Below are positions 12,960-25,599 of a DNA stretch of 64,000 nucleotides, piece after piece. The stretch spans positions 11,534,001 through 11,598,000 of the forward strand of contig NC_045697.1 in NCBI RefSeq assembly GCF_009834535.1, written 5' to 3'. This DNA is from Camelus ferus (taxonomy: Eukaryota). The translations under genes were made by a program, and so were the position numbers. A model generated the notes under the pieces. That model did no database searches. It was not told where the DNA came from and was given only the letters and a program-made list of their open reading frames with translations. Positions within the stretch are counted from its first letter, which is position 1; each line of letters starts with the position of its first letter.

Positions 12960-13200
12960 GGCGCAGCCTGGGCTGCAGTCTGCCTGCACAGCTTTGAATC
13001 CCAGCTCGAGTACTTCCTGGGTCTGTGATCTTGGGTGAACTACTTGCTCTCTGTGCCTCAGTTTACTTACTCATAGTAGAAGAAGATGGAGGAGGAGAGG
13101 AAGGAAGAGGAGGCGGAGGAGGGAGAGAAGGAGGTGACCCGCGTAGGTGGCGGTAGTGATTACATAACACAGGGATGCCTGGACTATGATTGATGGTATA
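12960..13200 (+). mobile_element. MIR containing a (GGA)-rich purine tract at ~13078-13135
   Basis: TTTGAATCCCAGCTC...CTGTGATCTTGGG...CTCTGTGCCTCAGTTT. Confidence 0.75.
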
Positions 13201-14622
13201 TGATATGTGGCCCCCGGATGAGAGCTGTTATGACTGCAGAGTTTATCTGCAATGGAAGGTGAGCTCTAAGTGACAAACTGGTTCCAAACAGTGAGAGTTG
13301 CCGGAAGAGAGTAATCCTAGCTCCAAAGGAGGAAGGTAGGAAAGGTAACTCACGGGTGAACCTGAATTGGGTAGAAATGTGGGTCCCAGAGGCCCTTCCC
13401 CAGAAACATTGTTAAATACCCTCCCCACCTGCAGAGCTTGGGGATTTGCCGCTTGACATTTCATGCCCACTGCCGGCTGCACTACACGAGACAAGATGAA
13501 CACTGCCTAGCATGATTATTATCTAAATTTCTTCTGATTCGAATTTCCCATTTGTTTCCTTTGCCCATTTATACATCAAGGTCTTAAATGACTTTTTGGC
13601 CAAATGCAAAACCATCCCCCTCTGCCTCTTTCTCTTTACTTGACTCTGAGAAAAAACCCCAAGCCAGTTTATTCAAACCAATCTGCCGATGACCTTGTCA
13701 ATGAGGGTATTAAGAGCTATCGTCAATTCCTTTTTTAATAAGGATGACGCGTGAGACACGCAGAGGACTTTCTGGTGGGAGAATCTTTCCCTAGGCCTTG
13801 CGACTATTTTCTTCCCTTTTCACTCAATATCTTTTCATATTACTAACCCAAGACTTCAGTCCTCTCTTTTCAGCTGACAGTTTTGAATCAGGAATATTGT
13901 ACCGTGTCCACGGCTCCGAAATCTAATAAGATGGAACATGCTTTTCCTGCTCTGTGAGGGTGCAGGGAAGGAGGTGGAGCAGGACGCTCGAGGCCACCAT
14001 CGAGAAGCCCTGCCTCCCTCCGACGTCCTCCCTGGAGGAGATGACGGGGATGTTAGCTTATTATTCAAGGCGCAGCCTGAGAAAGCGTGGTGAGCCTGAT
14101 GGAATTGAAAAAAACAGTTCAGGCCTTCAAAAGATTCCTTGCTGCTACCTCACACCCATGCAGGACTTCACTCTCAGCAAGCCCTATTGTCTTCCCATTG
14201 GTTGCTCACAGCAATCCCGCCCCCTGGGCAGCTCTATGTTGATAAGAAAACACCTGTTTTTGGAATTTCTATATACACAAAAACACATGGAATTGAATCA
14301 TTTACACCTCGAGAAATAGTTAAGGAATTATATGCTGTGTTAAAATAAGATAGGTTTTCTAGGGATTTCAAAAATGGAAAAGGAGTATGATAAGGATTAT
14401 CCAGCGCAAAATGGGGATTGTTGTTCATTTTCAAAATTACACCACGAATCCCCGAACTAACGGCCTGGCACGGGAAGGGTATTTTAACGCCAGCTCTCCT
14501 TGTTGTGCGGGGTGCTGTGTGTGACTCGTCCTATTTGGTCCTCACCTTAAATCAGTGATGTAGGTATGATTTTTCTCATTTTGAACAGAGGAAACATGTT
14601 TAGAGAGTAAAGTGACAAGTAT

Positions 14623-14790
14623 CAGTGCTTCTCGAACCTACGAGAAGCCAGTGAGACTCAAACACCTGTGGACCTTGTTAAGTGGCAGCTCCAGCTCGAT
14701 AGGTCTGAGGCAGGGCCTGTCTACTCATCTCTAACAAGCTCCTGAGTTACGCCAAGGCCGCTGTGGCCCAGACTGCTCTTCAGATAACCA
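14623..14790. mobile_element. MER5A-like hAT MITE, adjacent to a MIR fragment at ~14490-14620
   Basis: CAGTGCTTCTCGAAC...TAGGTCTGAGGCAGGGCCTG...TCTAACAAGCTCC. Confidence 0.65.
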
Positions 14791-15009
14791 GCCTGTACAC
14801 TACAACGGTCCTCACTGCTCATTTCCGGAGTGAACTGGAGCCAGCTGACATATGGACATTGAGGGAGAGAAGGGTGGGCAGGACATACTGAGGGCAGAGG
14901 TGATAGTTAACACAGAATTTAAGGGATTTTTGAAAAATAATTTTTACATAAAGAGATATAGGAGCAAATATGAAAAGTCAAGATGAATGTGAATATTCAG
15001 AGTAGAGGA

Positions 15010-15650
15010 CATTCACTCAGTCTGCCAAGAAATATTTATTGAGCACCTACTATGTGCCAGGTCATGTGAAAGATCCCAGGGTCACAATCTCTTTGGTGGC
15101 TTAAACTCTAGTGTGAGGCAAATAATGACTCAACTAAAATGCATGTGGTAAACAGCAAGGTCCACTGTAGAGCACAGGGAACTCTATTCAATACTTTGTA
15201 TAACCTATAATGAAAAAGAATATGAAAAGGAGTATATATATATATATATATGTATAATTGAATCACTATGCTGTACACTAGACACTAACACAACATTGTA
15301 AACTGACTATACTTCAATAAAGAAAAGAACGTGTGACTAGAAAAAAATAAATAAAACACATATGGGAGTGCCGGGGGAAGACAGGAGCTGCCTCTCCAGG
15401 TCTGTAAAGTCTGACTTCCCCAAAACGTGATGTCCAAGTGAAATTTTAAATCTAAATAAGAGTTGGCCAAGTGATGGTTGCAGGGGAAGGTGGAATTTTC
15501 CAAGTCAAGAAAAGAATATGCGTGGATGTTGGGAGGCGGGCAAAGCATGGCTCTGGAGGAACTGAAAATGTTCAGGATGGCTGAAGCGCAGGATGGATGA
15601 CCCTGCAGGAGGATGAGCAGCAGAGAATAAAGTGTGAGGGGGGCAGAGGG
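15010..15650 (-). mobile_element. L2 fragment interrupted by a younger L1 3' end
   Basis: AAATATTTATTGAGCACCTACTATGTGCCAGG. Confidence 0.78.
15148..15327 (+). mobile_element. 5'-truncated L1 3'UTR (young laurasiatherian family) with internal (TA)n
   Basis: AACAGCAAGGTCCACTGTAGAGCACAGGGAACTCTATTCAATA...CAACATTGTAAACTGACTATACTTCAATAAA. Confidence 0.9.
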
Positions 15651-15984
15651 AGGGCAAGCTGTCTATTCTTTCCTCCCTAGCTGTTTAGCCAACAGACGTT
15701 GCCTGGGGACACATATGCTCAAGCAGGAAACTAAGTCCCTGGCACTTGTTCCTTTGATGAGTCTCCATTTAAGAAGGGAACATTCCTAGCCTTCAAACCC
15801 CAAGGAAAAGCTCTTAGATGAAGACTTTGGGGAACAATGCCAGGTCACCCCACAGCTTCCGAAATTGCGGGATAATGGCTGAAATGTGACTCATACGGAA
15901 AGCACTTAGGGATTAGGAGACTGACCCTGATCTGGGGAAGAGCTGGGAAGAACAACCACCAGGTCAATGGAGCATGGGCTTTGT

Positions 15985-16215
15985 GACAGCGCTTCCTGCC
16001 AGGTACTTTACTCACATTTCTCATCTTTACCTTCTCAGTAGTTTCCTATGTGTAAACACTATTGCCATCTCTATTTTATAAATAAGGAAACAAAGCTTTT
16101 AGAGAGATGAAGCAACCTTTTTACTTCTCCCATTTCCTTGGCTAGAAATCGCTGAGATTTGATTTGCACCCAAGCTCATCTGAATCTGAAACCCGTGCTC
16201 TTAAACATTTTACAG
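15985..16215 (-). mobile_element. MIR
   Basis: ATTTTATAAATAAGGAAACAAAGC...AGAGAGATGAAGCAAC...CCCGTGCTCTTAA. Confidence 0.7.
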
Positions 16216-16480
16216 AATAAAGATGGAAGGGAGAAAGGACATATCTGAAGAGCGGCACGGTGGCTGCTTCCACAAGACAGTTCTTTGTTTTAAGGCTCTT
16301 AGAGATGGGATGTAGTCCGTTGGTGGCTAAGAGTGATCTGGAAGATCCAGTGCTGATTGCACAGTTAAGAACAGTGGTCAACATTCACCAACAGCCTGAA
16401 CTTGGAGCCAAACCACAGAGGACACAAAGCCAGAAGTGGGTCCAGCCTGGAGGTGGACTAGAAGGAGTACATAGAGTAAA

Positions 16481-16862
16481 TGTATCAGGATAGACTGGTT
16501 ATGCCATGGTAACAAACCCCAAATCAGAGTGGACTAATAACACAAAGCTGAATTTCTCACTGACAAAATTCAGCCACTGACCCAGGTATCTCTCCAGGCA
16601 ACCATTCTCCATGGTGTGGCCTTGAATTCCAAGCTGTTGGAAATGCCACCACTCTCTGCAGCCCCTTTGGTTAACTTAGCAGGGAAGAGCAAGTCCAGAT
16701 AATGACATATGTTCCTTTTATTGCCTCCACAATTTTCACTTCCATCCACACAGAACATATCATGTGGCCTCACTTAACTGCAAGGGAGCTGAGGAATGCT
16801 GTACTCCAAGCACTGGGGATAGGAAAAGAACTGGACACTGATGGACACTGATATGTCTACCA
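16481..16862 (-). mobile_element. MaLR LTR, MLT1I/J-like
   Basis: TGTATCAGGATAGACTGGTTATGCCATGGTAACAAAC...AACTGCAAGGGAGCTGAGGAATG. Confidence 0.72.
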
Positions 16863-18469
16863 TGGGAACCTCTAGAGAGTTCTCAATAACATGCCCCACT
16901 GCATAATAATTTACTAGAAATCTGCAATCTGAAAACTGCTCACACCATCCACTGGGGGTATTAGCTGACACAATTGTATTCATTACATGGTCCCAAGGCT
17001 GTGACTTATTAGACACTGGGTCCTAAGTCCTCTGACTCAAGAAACACCATTCTGAGTCTCTCCCAGAATTGGAACACAAATTTTGGGTGTCTTTATGTGT
17101 ATCGTTAAAATAAATCTTTTAACGCTTACCTGAGCTCAAGTTGACTTCTGTTCCACCCTGACTTCCATACTGATACATGTAAACATTTGGCTCAGATTTA
17201 AAGGCTGACAGCATGAACAATGTCTGCCTAAATTACATAAGGGCCATTTATTTTAAAGATTCAGAAAAAAGTTAATAAAGTCAGGATTCACAGGAGATGG
17301 ATTAGCAACATTCTCCAGGAGTGACTGAGACGCAAGTCATTGAGACCTCCTTCTGGATCCCCAAATCTGAAAGAGAGCGAGATCTCCTCAGAATGTGTGG
17401 AAGTCCAAATATACCTTTGTGAAGAGTCAGCTGTATACACACACGCAGTCCTGCGAGTAGGCTTGTCTGGAAGCATGCAGACACCCTGTCATCAATGGCA
17501 GATTCAGCTCATTAATCTTAATATTAAATAGGCACCACCTTACAGAGTGCAGAACAGTTCTGGAAGCTCGGGGAAACGGCCAGCAGCCTTTGAAGGGCCC
17601 CTGCTCAGCTGGGGCCACAGGACACCTAAGACAAGCAGGATTTTCACCTTCACTGCAGACACTTGAATTCTAAGGAGCAAGAATGAGGTAGGAACCAGGG
17701 TTACATTTCAAACTTCAAAGTTCTTTGCTAAGCAAAATGGGGTCAGGATCTATGGTGATCAAAATGCACAAAGTTCTGCATTTTCTGTCTTCTTTTTCCC
17801 ATTTTCTCCCCCTTTAGTAACACTTGGGGCTGAGAATAAAAGAGAAAAGTTTGTGTCATCAATGTCTTTAGTGACAATAGCTCACATGCCACCATAATAC
17901 ACTGAACTCCACCTGTTCTTTCCCTGAGTCTCCTTAAGAGGAGTGATGCCAGCGTCATCATAATTCAGTCACACCAGTTGAGCACATCTTATGGAAGGGG
18001 ATGGAAATTAAAGACAATCATCTTAAACAAAAGTTTAACAATTCCTTCTGCTCAAGGACCTGAGCAAAGGAGAACAGAAAGGGATAGGGATCATCAGAAA
18101 TGGCAGAGGGTAAAACTGAAAGAACTCTATACTCTCTCAAAAGACCTATAAAATCCAGGCTTCGGTTTGTAGATGTGTTGTGTACATTTACTGAGGACAA
18201 GAAAATTTATCCAACAAGTTTTTTTGTCGCTGTTTGTTTTTAATGTTATAAATTGATTTCTTATAACAACATTTATTCATTTAATTTAGAAAATACAGAT
18301 AAGGAAAAAGGAGAAAATTTAAATTATCCATAATCCTACCACCATGAGAGATAAACTATTGATTTTATAGATGCATATTTGCAGCTATCTATCTATTTAC
18401 CCACATAAACACACAATTTTTACAAATTATATTGTCATTTTAGACTCTAAACGACATATCTTCATGGTA

Positions 18470-18829
18470 AGCAATACTACTATCTTCAATATCCAGTCAC
18501 CCTCTACTTTCAGGCCCATTGGACGACTTAACTTCTCTGTCCTCTGAGATTGGATGTGACCATCGACATTGGCTGAACAGGTGGAGCTGAAGTGACATGT
18601 GTCACTTTGGGGTGGATGCATTTTATCTCCAGTAGTGACTGGTTGAACTGCTCTTTCCCTGCTGTAACACGGAGGTGCTGTAAGATGGAAATACCCCGAA
18701 ATGCTATGCCAACACACGGAGGAGACCTGCCCTTGAGAGTCACCAACTCTATATGGATCTTTGGGTAAGACACTGAAAACTCGGGGACAGTTAGACTGCA
18801 GCATAATCAACTTGATCCCAATCAGTACA
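18470..18829 (+). mobile_element. MaLR LTR, MLT1I/J-like, nested in an old L1
   Basis: GAAGTGACATGTGTCACTT...CTGCAGCATAATCAACTTGATCCCAATCAGTACA. Confidence 0.65.
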
Positions 18830-20010
18830 ATCTTTAGCATTGTTCTGACATTAGCTGTTTTTCTAAAAATGCATTAAAAGGCTGAATTATATTTCATCAC
18901 AATTTATTCAACCAGTCTCTTATTGTTGAATATTTAAATTACTTCCAATTTATAAATAATATTGTACGGGACACACTTTTAGTTATATTTTGCTTATGTT
19001 TATGGTTATTCTTTAAGTTGCAATTGTAGGGAAAGCCATAGTTCAAAATATATATATATATTTAACCATATATTTTAAAAAATATAGTGCCGAATTATCC
19101 TACAAAAAAATACTGTTCACAGAATTATCAGTGGCATAAAAAATAGATGATTCTCTGATATAAATATTCTATCTCTCTCTCTATCTCTCTATCTATCTCT
19201 TAAAGGAGAAAATGGGGCCCTATGATTTTTTTAATTGCAATTCTATGAATTACATACTTTTTCATAATTATATAGGTCATTTGTATTTCCTCTCTTGTGA
19301 ATTCTCTTTTCATCATTTTTTAAACTGATTTCTTATTATCTCTCCACTTGTTAAGTATATAATTATTGATATTAGTGAAACAATGATACATTCAATAAAA
19401 ATTAACCTTTGTCACATGGACTGTGAATATTTTTTTCCACTCACTGATTTGGTTGGAAATGCTTCACTGTTATTTATGTTTTTTAATGTACAGATGTGTT
19501 GATTATTTTGTTTTTCAGGTTATCAAATTTATTACTGTTTATCTTTAAGGTTTTTGCCTCTAGTACCATGTTATAAATACTTTCTTCATCCTCCTCCAAA
19601 TATAAATACTCACATATTTTTCTAGTACTTTATGATTTTGTTTTTATATTTAAATCTTTGATCCATATGGTATGTAAGTTGAATATGGAATAAAGTTCAG
19701 ATCTATTTTTTCCCCAGATGGCTGGTTTTTCTAACATTGCTTATTGAAAAATCCTTCCTTTCCATGTAAGTTTTAAATGCCGTGTTTATCCATATACCAA
19801 GTTCTTGAAAATTCTTGACACTGGACTTCTGTGTCAGTCCTACTGACCAATCTGTCAGTGTCAAAACTGGTACCTGGCTGCTTTTAATAGTGCATCTTTA
19901 TACTCTTCAATATCTCACATCATATATTGCTATTCTGTGGGGGCATTTTCCTGCCTATTTTTAAGTATTTATTTTTCAAGTTGAATTTTTAAAATTCTGT
20001 TGAGATTTTC
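18830..20010 (-). mobile_element. Old L1 (L1ME-type) 3'/ORF2 fragment; further pieces at ~18250-18450 and ~20810-21600
   Basis: AATTTATTCAACCAGTCTC...TTTATATTTAAATCTTTGATCCAT...TTATTGAAAAATCC, antisense L1 motifs. Confidence 0.72.
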
Positions 20011-20094
20011 ATCTTTCCCAGTAATGTTAGTCAAGTCTTATTTAATATCCTTGACCTCATTATGTCATAATGTCATTATCTCATAATGTCCTTG

Positions 20095-20310
20095 ACTCAA
20101 CAAATATTTACTGAATACTTACTATGAACCAGGAATTGTTCTAGATCCTGGGATACAAAAGAGAACAAACAGAATTCCTTGGTCTCATGGAGCTTATAGT
20201 CTAACAAGAGAAGAGGAAGACAATGAACAAGATAAACAAATACAACAGAGCTTATTAAATACTAGGAAGAATTAAATAGAGAAAATAAAGCTGGGAAGGG
20301 AATATGAAAT
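20095..20310 (-). mobile_element. L2 3' end
   Basis: TCAACAAATATTTACTGAATACTTACTATGAACCAGG...CTCATGGAGCTTATAGTCTA. Confidence 0.8.
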
Positions 20311-20316
20311 ATCACT

Positions 20317-20794
20317 GTTGACAGTTTTCACTTACGTTTTCTTTGAAGCAGATGCTAAGAGTACAAAAATAAGAGATTTGGGCTGTGGGAGAGATCCTGT
20401 GAAGGACAGGGCAGCTGGAAAAGGCAGAAGCACCTTCAGACAACAATGAAAGTCTGACACCTATAAAAAAAAAAGAGAGAGAGAAGATGGAAAAGAGAGG
20501 GAGGAGGAAATGGGTTAAAAAGAGCCTCCGACTGCTGTGCAGCTCTTAGAAAGTCTCAGCCGAGCTGATGGGGAGCCTCAGTGCAAGGATTGCGCCTTGG
20601 AGGACTCCCGCATCTGGCAGAAATAGACTTGAAACAGTTTCTGGTACCCCGCTGGTCTTGCTCATTGGCTGGGAGCAGCCGGGGGTGTGGCCTTTGCAGG
20701 GTGGAGAGCATTCTATCCACAGTTGCAGCACCTGCAGGCATCAGGTTCTACGGAGCGGAGGGAGAGCCCAGTGGTGACCGTCCTGGCCGCCACA
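20317..20794 (-). mobile_element. ERVL LTR, LTR16-like
   Basis: GCCTCCGACTGCTGTGCAGCTCTTAGAAAGTCTCAGCC...CATTGGCTGGGAGCAGCC. Confidence 0.75.
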
Positions 20795-21679
20795 ACGTGG
20801 GGGGAAGTGTTAACATTTTCCCTAGGTTGGTTTTGAAGTTTAGTACATGGACCTTGTCTATTTCTTATTTACTCATAGCAATTCTAGAATTTGGGTTGAT
20901 GTTATGAATGAGGTGTTTTTCCCATGTCATTTGAAATTAATTATTGCTAGTTTGCAGGAAACCTAAAATTTGGGTATTTATTTTATAATCTACCACCTTG
21001 CTGATTTCCTCCTAATTTGGTTCTTAGGCTGAGATTCTTACATTATTAAGAACCTCATCACAAATAGATTTTTTTCCCAAAAATTTTGCTTCATTTCTTT
21101 CCATTATTGCCAAACCAAGTTGAACCATAATGATGGTAGTGGAAATATTCATGTTCATGAGAACGCCTTTAAGTTTTATCATTAAGGATTCTGCTGGATC
21201 TCCTCTTCCAAGAACTGTGAAAAAGACAGTCCTAGATCAATTTTCTAAGAAACTCTAAATTGCCAAAATTAACTTAGGAAGCTGATGTAGGAACATTGCT
21301 GTCCCGTGCCTAACTATAGAATTGTAGGTAATGAACTCGTATATTCACTGCTCCTCCCTGTCTGTGATCACATCTTTGATCATTCTTAGTGTTTCTGGTT
21401 AGCTTTTACTTACTCTTTTTCTTCATTGGCTTCAAGAAGTTTCCTTCTTTTATGTGCCTTTTCAAAGAACCAATTCTTGAAGTTGCTATCATTTCTGCCT
21501 CTTTTTCTTTTCTAATTTATTCATTTCTGCTTTTATCTTTGGGATTCCTTGATTTGTTCTTTGCTTAATTTAATTAATTTCCACAGCCTTTTAAAAGAGG
21601 GAAAAAAAGTGCTATCTGTTTGTGCCTTTTATAGCTGACACCAATCTATCTGCATCTCTAATCATAATATTAATAATCA

Positions 21680-22400
21680 CAGGCAGCAGGGGGTTGTGAC
21701 CAAAGATGGAGACTCTGGTCTGTTGTCAATTGCCTGGTTCATATCCCAGCACACCTCTGCCAGCTGTGTGATGTGGGCAAGCAGTGTCCACGCCTGTAAA
21801 ACGAGGATCATTTTATTATAATAAAACTTACCTCAGAAGATTAGTGTGAAGATTACTTGAGCTAATATTTGTACAGATATCGGAACAGGCCTGGGCTCAC
21901 AGGAACTGCTTTGTAATACATGAATACATCACATTTGTGCAGTACTTTATCCTTTGCAAAGCGTTTTCACATTAATTTTCTCCCTTAGTTATCACGACAA
22001 CCCCATGAGGCAAACAGTTCTCATCCCTACTTTATACAGTAACTCCAGCAAGTCGACTTGCATGAGACCACCAGGTAGTGAATGGAGGAGGTCTGGTGAT
22101 CCTGTGATCAGTGTGTGGCTTAGAGCTCGAAGTACCTCTTTTGTTTGGGGGACGTGGGTGGACACAGAGAGAGGAGTCCATGTTTGGTCCAGCTGATCTA
22201 GGTACAAGAGGTGAGTCCTGGTCCTGGTGCCTCTCCATCTTCCTCCGTGAGTGTGAACAAGGTACTCTGCTCTGCTGTCCCTCAATTTTCTCAAATCCTA
22301 AGTCAGGAAAATAACATCTTCCCATTTGCTACACAAGGCCACTACAGGGTTCAAAATAAGCTGATGGCAGTGAAATATATGGAAAGCTTATAAAGTTTTC
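21680..22400. mobile_element. Cluster of MIR fragments in both orientations
   Basis: CTGGTTCATATCCCAGC...GCTGTGTGATGTGGGCAAG (+); ACAACCCCATGAGG...ATCCCTACTTTATACAG (-); CTGTCCCTCAATTTTCTCA (+). Confidence 0.7.
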
Positions 22401-23589
22401 CACATACGCAAGATATTTTGCATGTTAAAAGTATCTACCCTACTGCTCTCTTGGTTACACAACTGGGAAGTGAAAACCAGATGTCGAAACAGCTCCAAGA
22501 CATCATGCCTTCCCCCAAATTTTTATGCCCAGGAAACTTCCTCCACCTCTTACACCCAGAGCATCATTGTCTTTGCACTGGAGGAAAAAATAACCTGTAC
22601 AGTCTCTGAACAGAAATCTAATTTCCAATTGGCTTCTCTTGGACTGTCAACAGTGGGTTTCAAAACACAACAGAATTTTCCACAGGCACTATTTTCCATG
22701 GCACACCCAAAACCAGCAGGAGAGAGAGGGAACCAAAAATTTCCTTTGGCATCTAGCTCTTTATCACATTTGTAAGAGTGTGGGCCACCTGGGGGAAATA
22801 ATCAAATATAGGAGGGAAGGGGACAAATCCAATTCTGGGTCACATTACCAGAACTGTTTTCTATAAGTATATATTTCCCCAAATTCCAGGAATCATCCCC
22901 TGAAATCTTTTGACAGTCTAATTTATTGTGTTTATTTTTTTTTTCCAACAAGAACTGAATCTGTTTGCTAACTACCTAGTCTCTTCTTGATGAAAAGACT
23001 ACCTTTGATTTTCCTAAGTTTGCAGGATGGCAATTGGAAGATGTGCGAATCACAGCTGCAAGATGGGCAGGTGAGTGGTGCAGATGCTACTCTGACTTCT
23101 GTTCAAATAGAATCCCCTTAGAGCTCAAGCAGGAGATGTAGTCAGCTGGATCGTAGAATCCATCTTCCTGCAAATAAGAGAGGGAGATGGCTGTTTTCTG
23201 AGAGCTGACATACTTTATCCTTCATGAGTTTTATTCCTCCCTTGCTGTGTGTGTGTGGGAAGAAGACAAGATGGGAGGGGATTAGGAGAGAGAGAGACAA
23301 AGAAATCAAAGTCCATAGCATTGCAAGAGAGGATCCTGGCTGGACTCACCACTTGAAGAGAGGGCAGCAATGATCTGTAACCATGCCTGGATGCCAGTGA
23401 TACCCCCACTACTCAAGCCAGAAAAGACCCTCAGAGCAAAAGAACTGTCCCCCCAAAACTCTCATGAACTTAGGCTGCTCTTAGTCAAACTTAGTTTATG
23501 TCCCTAACGAAGAAGGCATCGTCAGGTTCAGCTGCTTTGCCCTCGTCAACCACAGTGGAACAGTGTATAGTTGAGGGCCAGCAAGGGGT

Positions 23590-23920
23590 GGAAGGGGACT
23601 AGTGATTATTGGGCATTAATACATATCAGACACTTGTTCACAGAGACACACATACACACAAATAAAATCCCATTTAATCCACGAGAAAGTTAGTTCCATG
23701 AGGGCAAAGGTTTTTGCCTGTTCTGTTCACTGTTCTATCACCAATGCCTTACATGGCAAGTGCACAAGAAATATCTGTGAAATGAGTGAATGACTCTTTA
23801 TATCTCGAAGGGAGTGGAATAATGGTTGATCCTGTTTTAAGATGAGGAAGCTAAGTTCCAGAGATGTTAAGCAGTAGACAAGCTGGGATTCAAACCCAGG
23901 CATGTCTTGACTCCACAGCC
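23590..23920. mobile_element. MIR (-) interrupted by an L2 3' tail (+, ~23690-23790)
   Basis: AGTTCCATGAGGGCAAAGG...GTTCACTGTTCTATC (L2); GATGAGGAAGCTAAG...CTGGGATTCAAACCCAGG (MIR). Confidence 0.7.
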
Positions 23921-25040
23921 AACATCTTTCAGGATACCACGCCAAACCCTCACAACAAACCAGAGCATCTACAGAGGAAGGTGAACTCAGGGAGCTCGAC
24001 ATCACCTCCTATAAAGAACCACTGGGCAGCTGAAGCATTTGTCTGAGAAAAGGATCACCTCAAGCTAACAAGCCATGAAGCGCCCCCTCCCCTTCCAGGG
24101 CTTCCTTCCTTCTGCGGTGAGATGCACGGTTAGGCTAGACCAGAGCACAAATAATTGGCACATGAGCCACCACTCTCCACTTCAGCTCCTGTGACAGACA
24201 TTACTCACTGATTACAGCCTTCTTTCCCACCGAACTTGGATGCAATTTCTTAAGTATTCGCGACAGCACTCCATGCAACCCCACCCATCAATTAAGGCTG
24301 GCATGCATGAGAGTGGCTCTTTGACTTCTCTAGCCTAGGTAATCTCTAATTTTCCTCAAATTTACTTCTGTCCATAAACCCATCACTGTTTCTATCTTGC
24401 TGTGTATATTGTTTAGCACACTAAGACAACATGAACAATGGAAGCTTCCAATCTTCCCTGAAAGCAGTAGCATAAGAGCCAGGAAGCCTCTAGACATTGG
24501 GTTCATCCTTACACAGTCCTCTATTGAAACTAACTTCCAGATGGAAAACAAATAATGTTTTAACTACAAATCATCTAAATATTGTTGATAAAAAGACCCC
24601 CTTAGTTCTAAGAGTAAGACAATACCTGATACCAAGACTGTATTCCAAAAGCAAACTAAAGTGGAAAAAGTTGGGACAGATTTTAGATTTAAAATATTGG
24701 CCTCATGGATTGGCTTGTAGTCAACATTTTCTTGAGTAACACATACAGTAAAGATTGCCATGAAATAAGATGACACGTTGAAAATAACATTATCTGAGCG
24801 GTATCATGTCTGGATTTTAGCCAAGCTCAAGGAATATAAAATAAAGTTGTTTTTTATGGTAGCCTCATGGCTGGGTATCTGGCTTTTAATGGTTTTGAAA
24901 GAATAAGAGAGAGGATTTCATATTGATTTTTTTCAAGTGTACTTTTTAATAACACAAGTAACCTTCAGTCGCTTATGAGGTATTCCACCAATGTCATAAA
25001 AGTATAAAACTTAAATGTCCTGTGTGGAAATTCTAACATT

Positions 25041-25520
25041 TGTTGTCCTACCAGGGTCATTGGTTGTGAACAACAGAAATCAACTCTGGTTGATGTAAAT
25101 AGGAAGGGAATTTAAAGGAGGGTATTGGGATATTCAAGGAGTGGATCTAAAGGCTGGAGAACCAGGCATAAGAAATGCTACAGGGGACTTAGAACAGCCC
25201 CAATCCTGTCCCGTCACCACAGGCCATGTGCCCCCACCCCCTACAGCACTGCTGGACGAAGTTGCCTTGGGCACTCACTCCTGTACCAGTAAATTCTTGA
25301 GTCTATCATAGCTGCCATGAATAATGCCTAACTGTTCCTGTCTCTTTTGTCATCGCCTCATAAGTAAAAGTCCTGGGCAGAAGCTTCTGACTCGTCACAC
25401 TCACATTTTGATCCAGTATCTACCTATCAGTGAGTGGAGATGGAAAATACCCACCCCTCCTCGAGCTTCTGACCAAAGGGGAAAGTGTTCAGAAGCTTGG
25501 CAACCAAAATGACTAAAGCC
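25041..25520 (-). mobile_element. Ancient MaLR/ERVL LTR fragment
   Basis: CAGGGTCATTGGTTGTGAACAACAGAAATCAACTCTGG...AGGCTGGAGAACCAGGC, typical of old MLT1N/O-type ends. Confidence 0.5.
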
Positions 25521-25599
25521 CATGACATCTGTTAAAATGAAATGCCCCCAAATGAACACAAAGTGAATTTCATGTCGGTGAAATACCCCAGTAACAACT

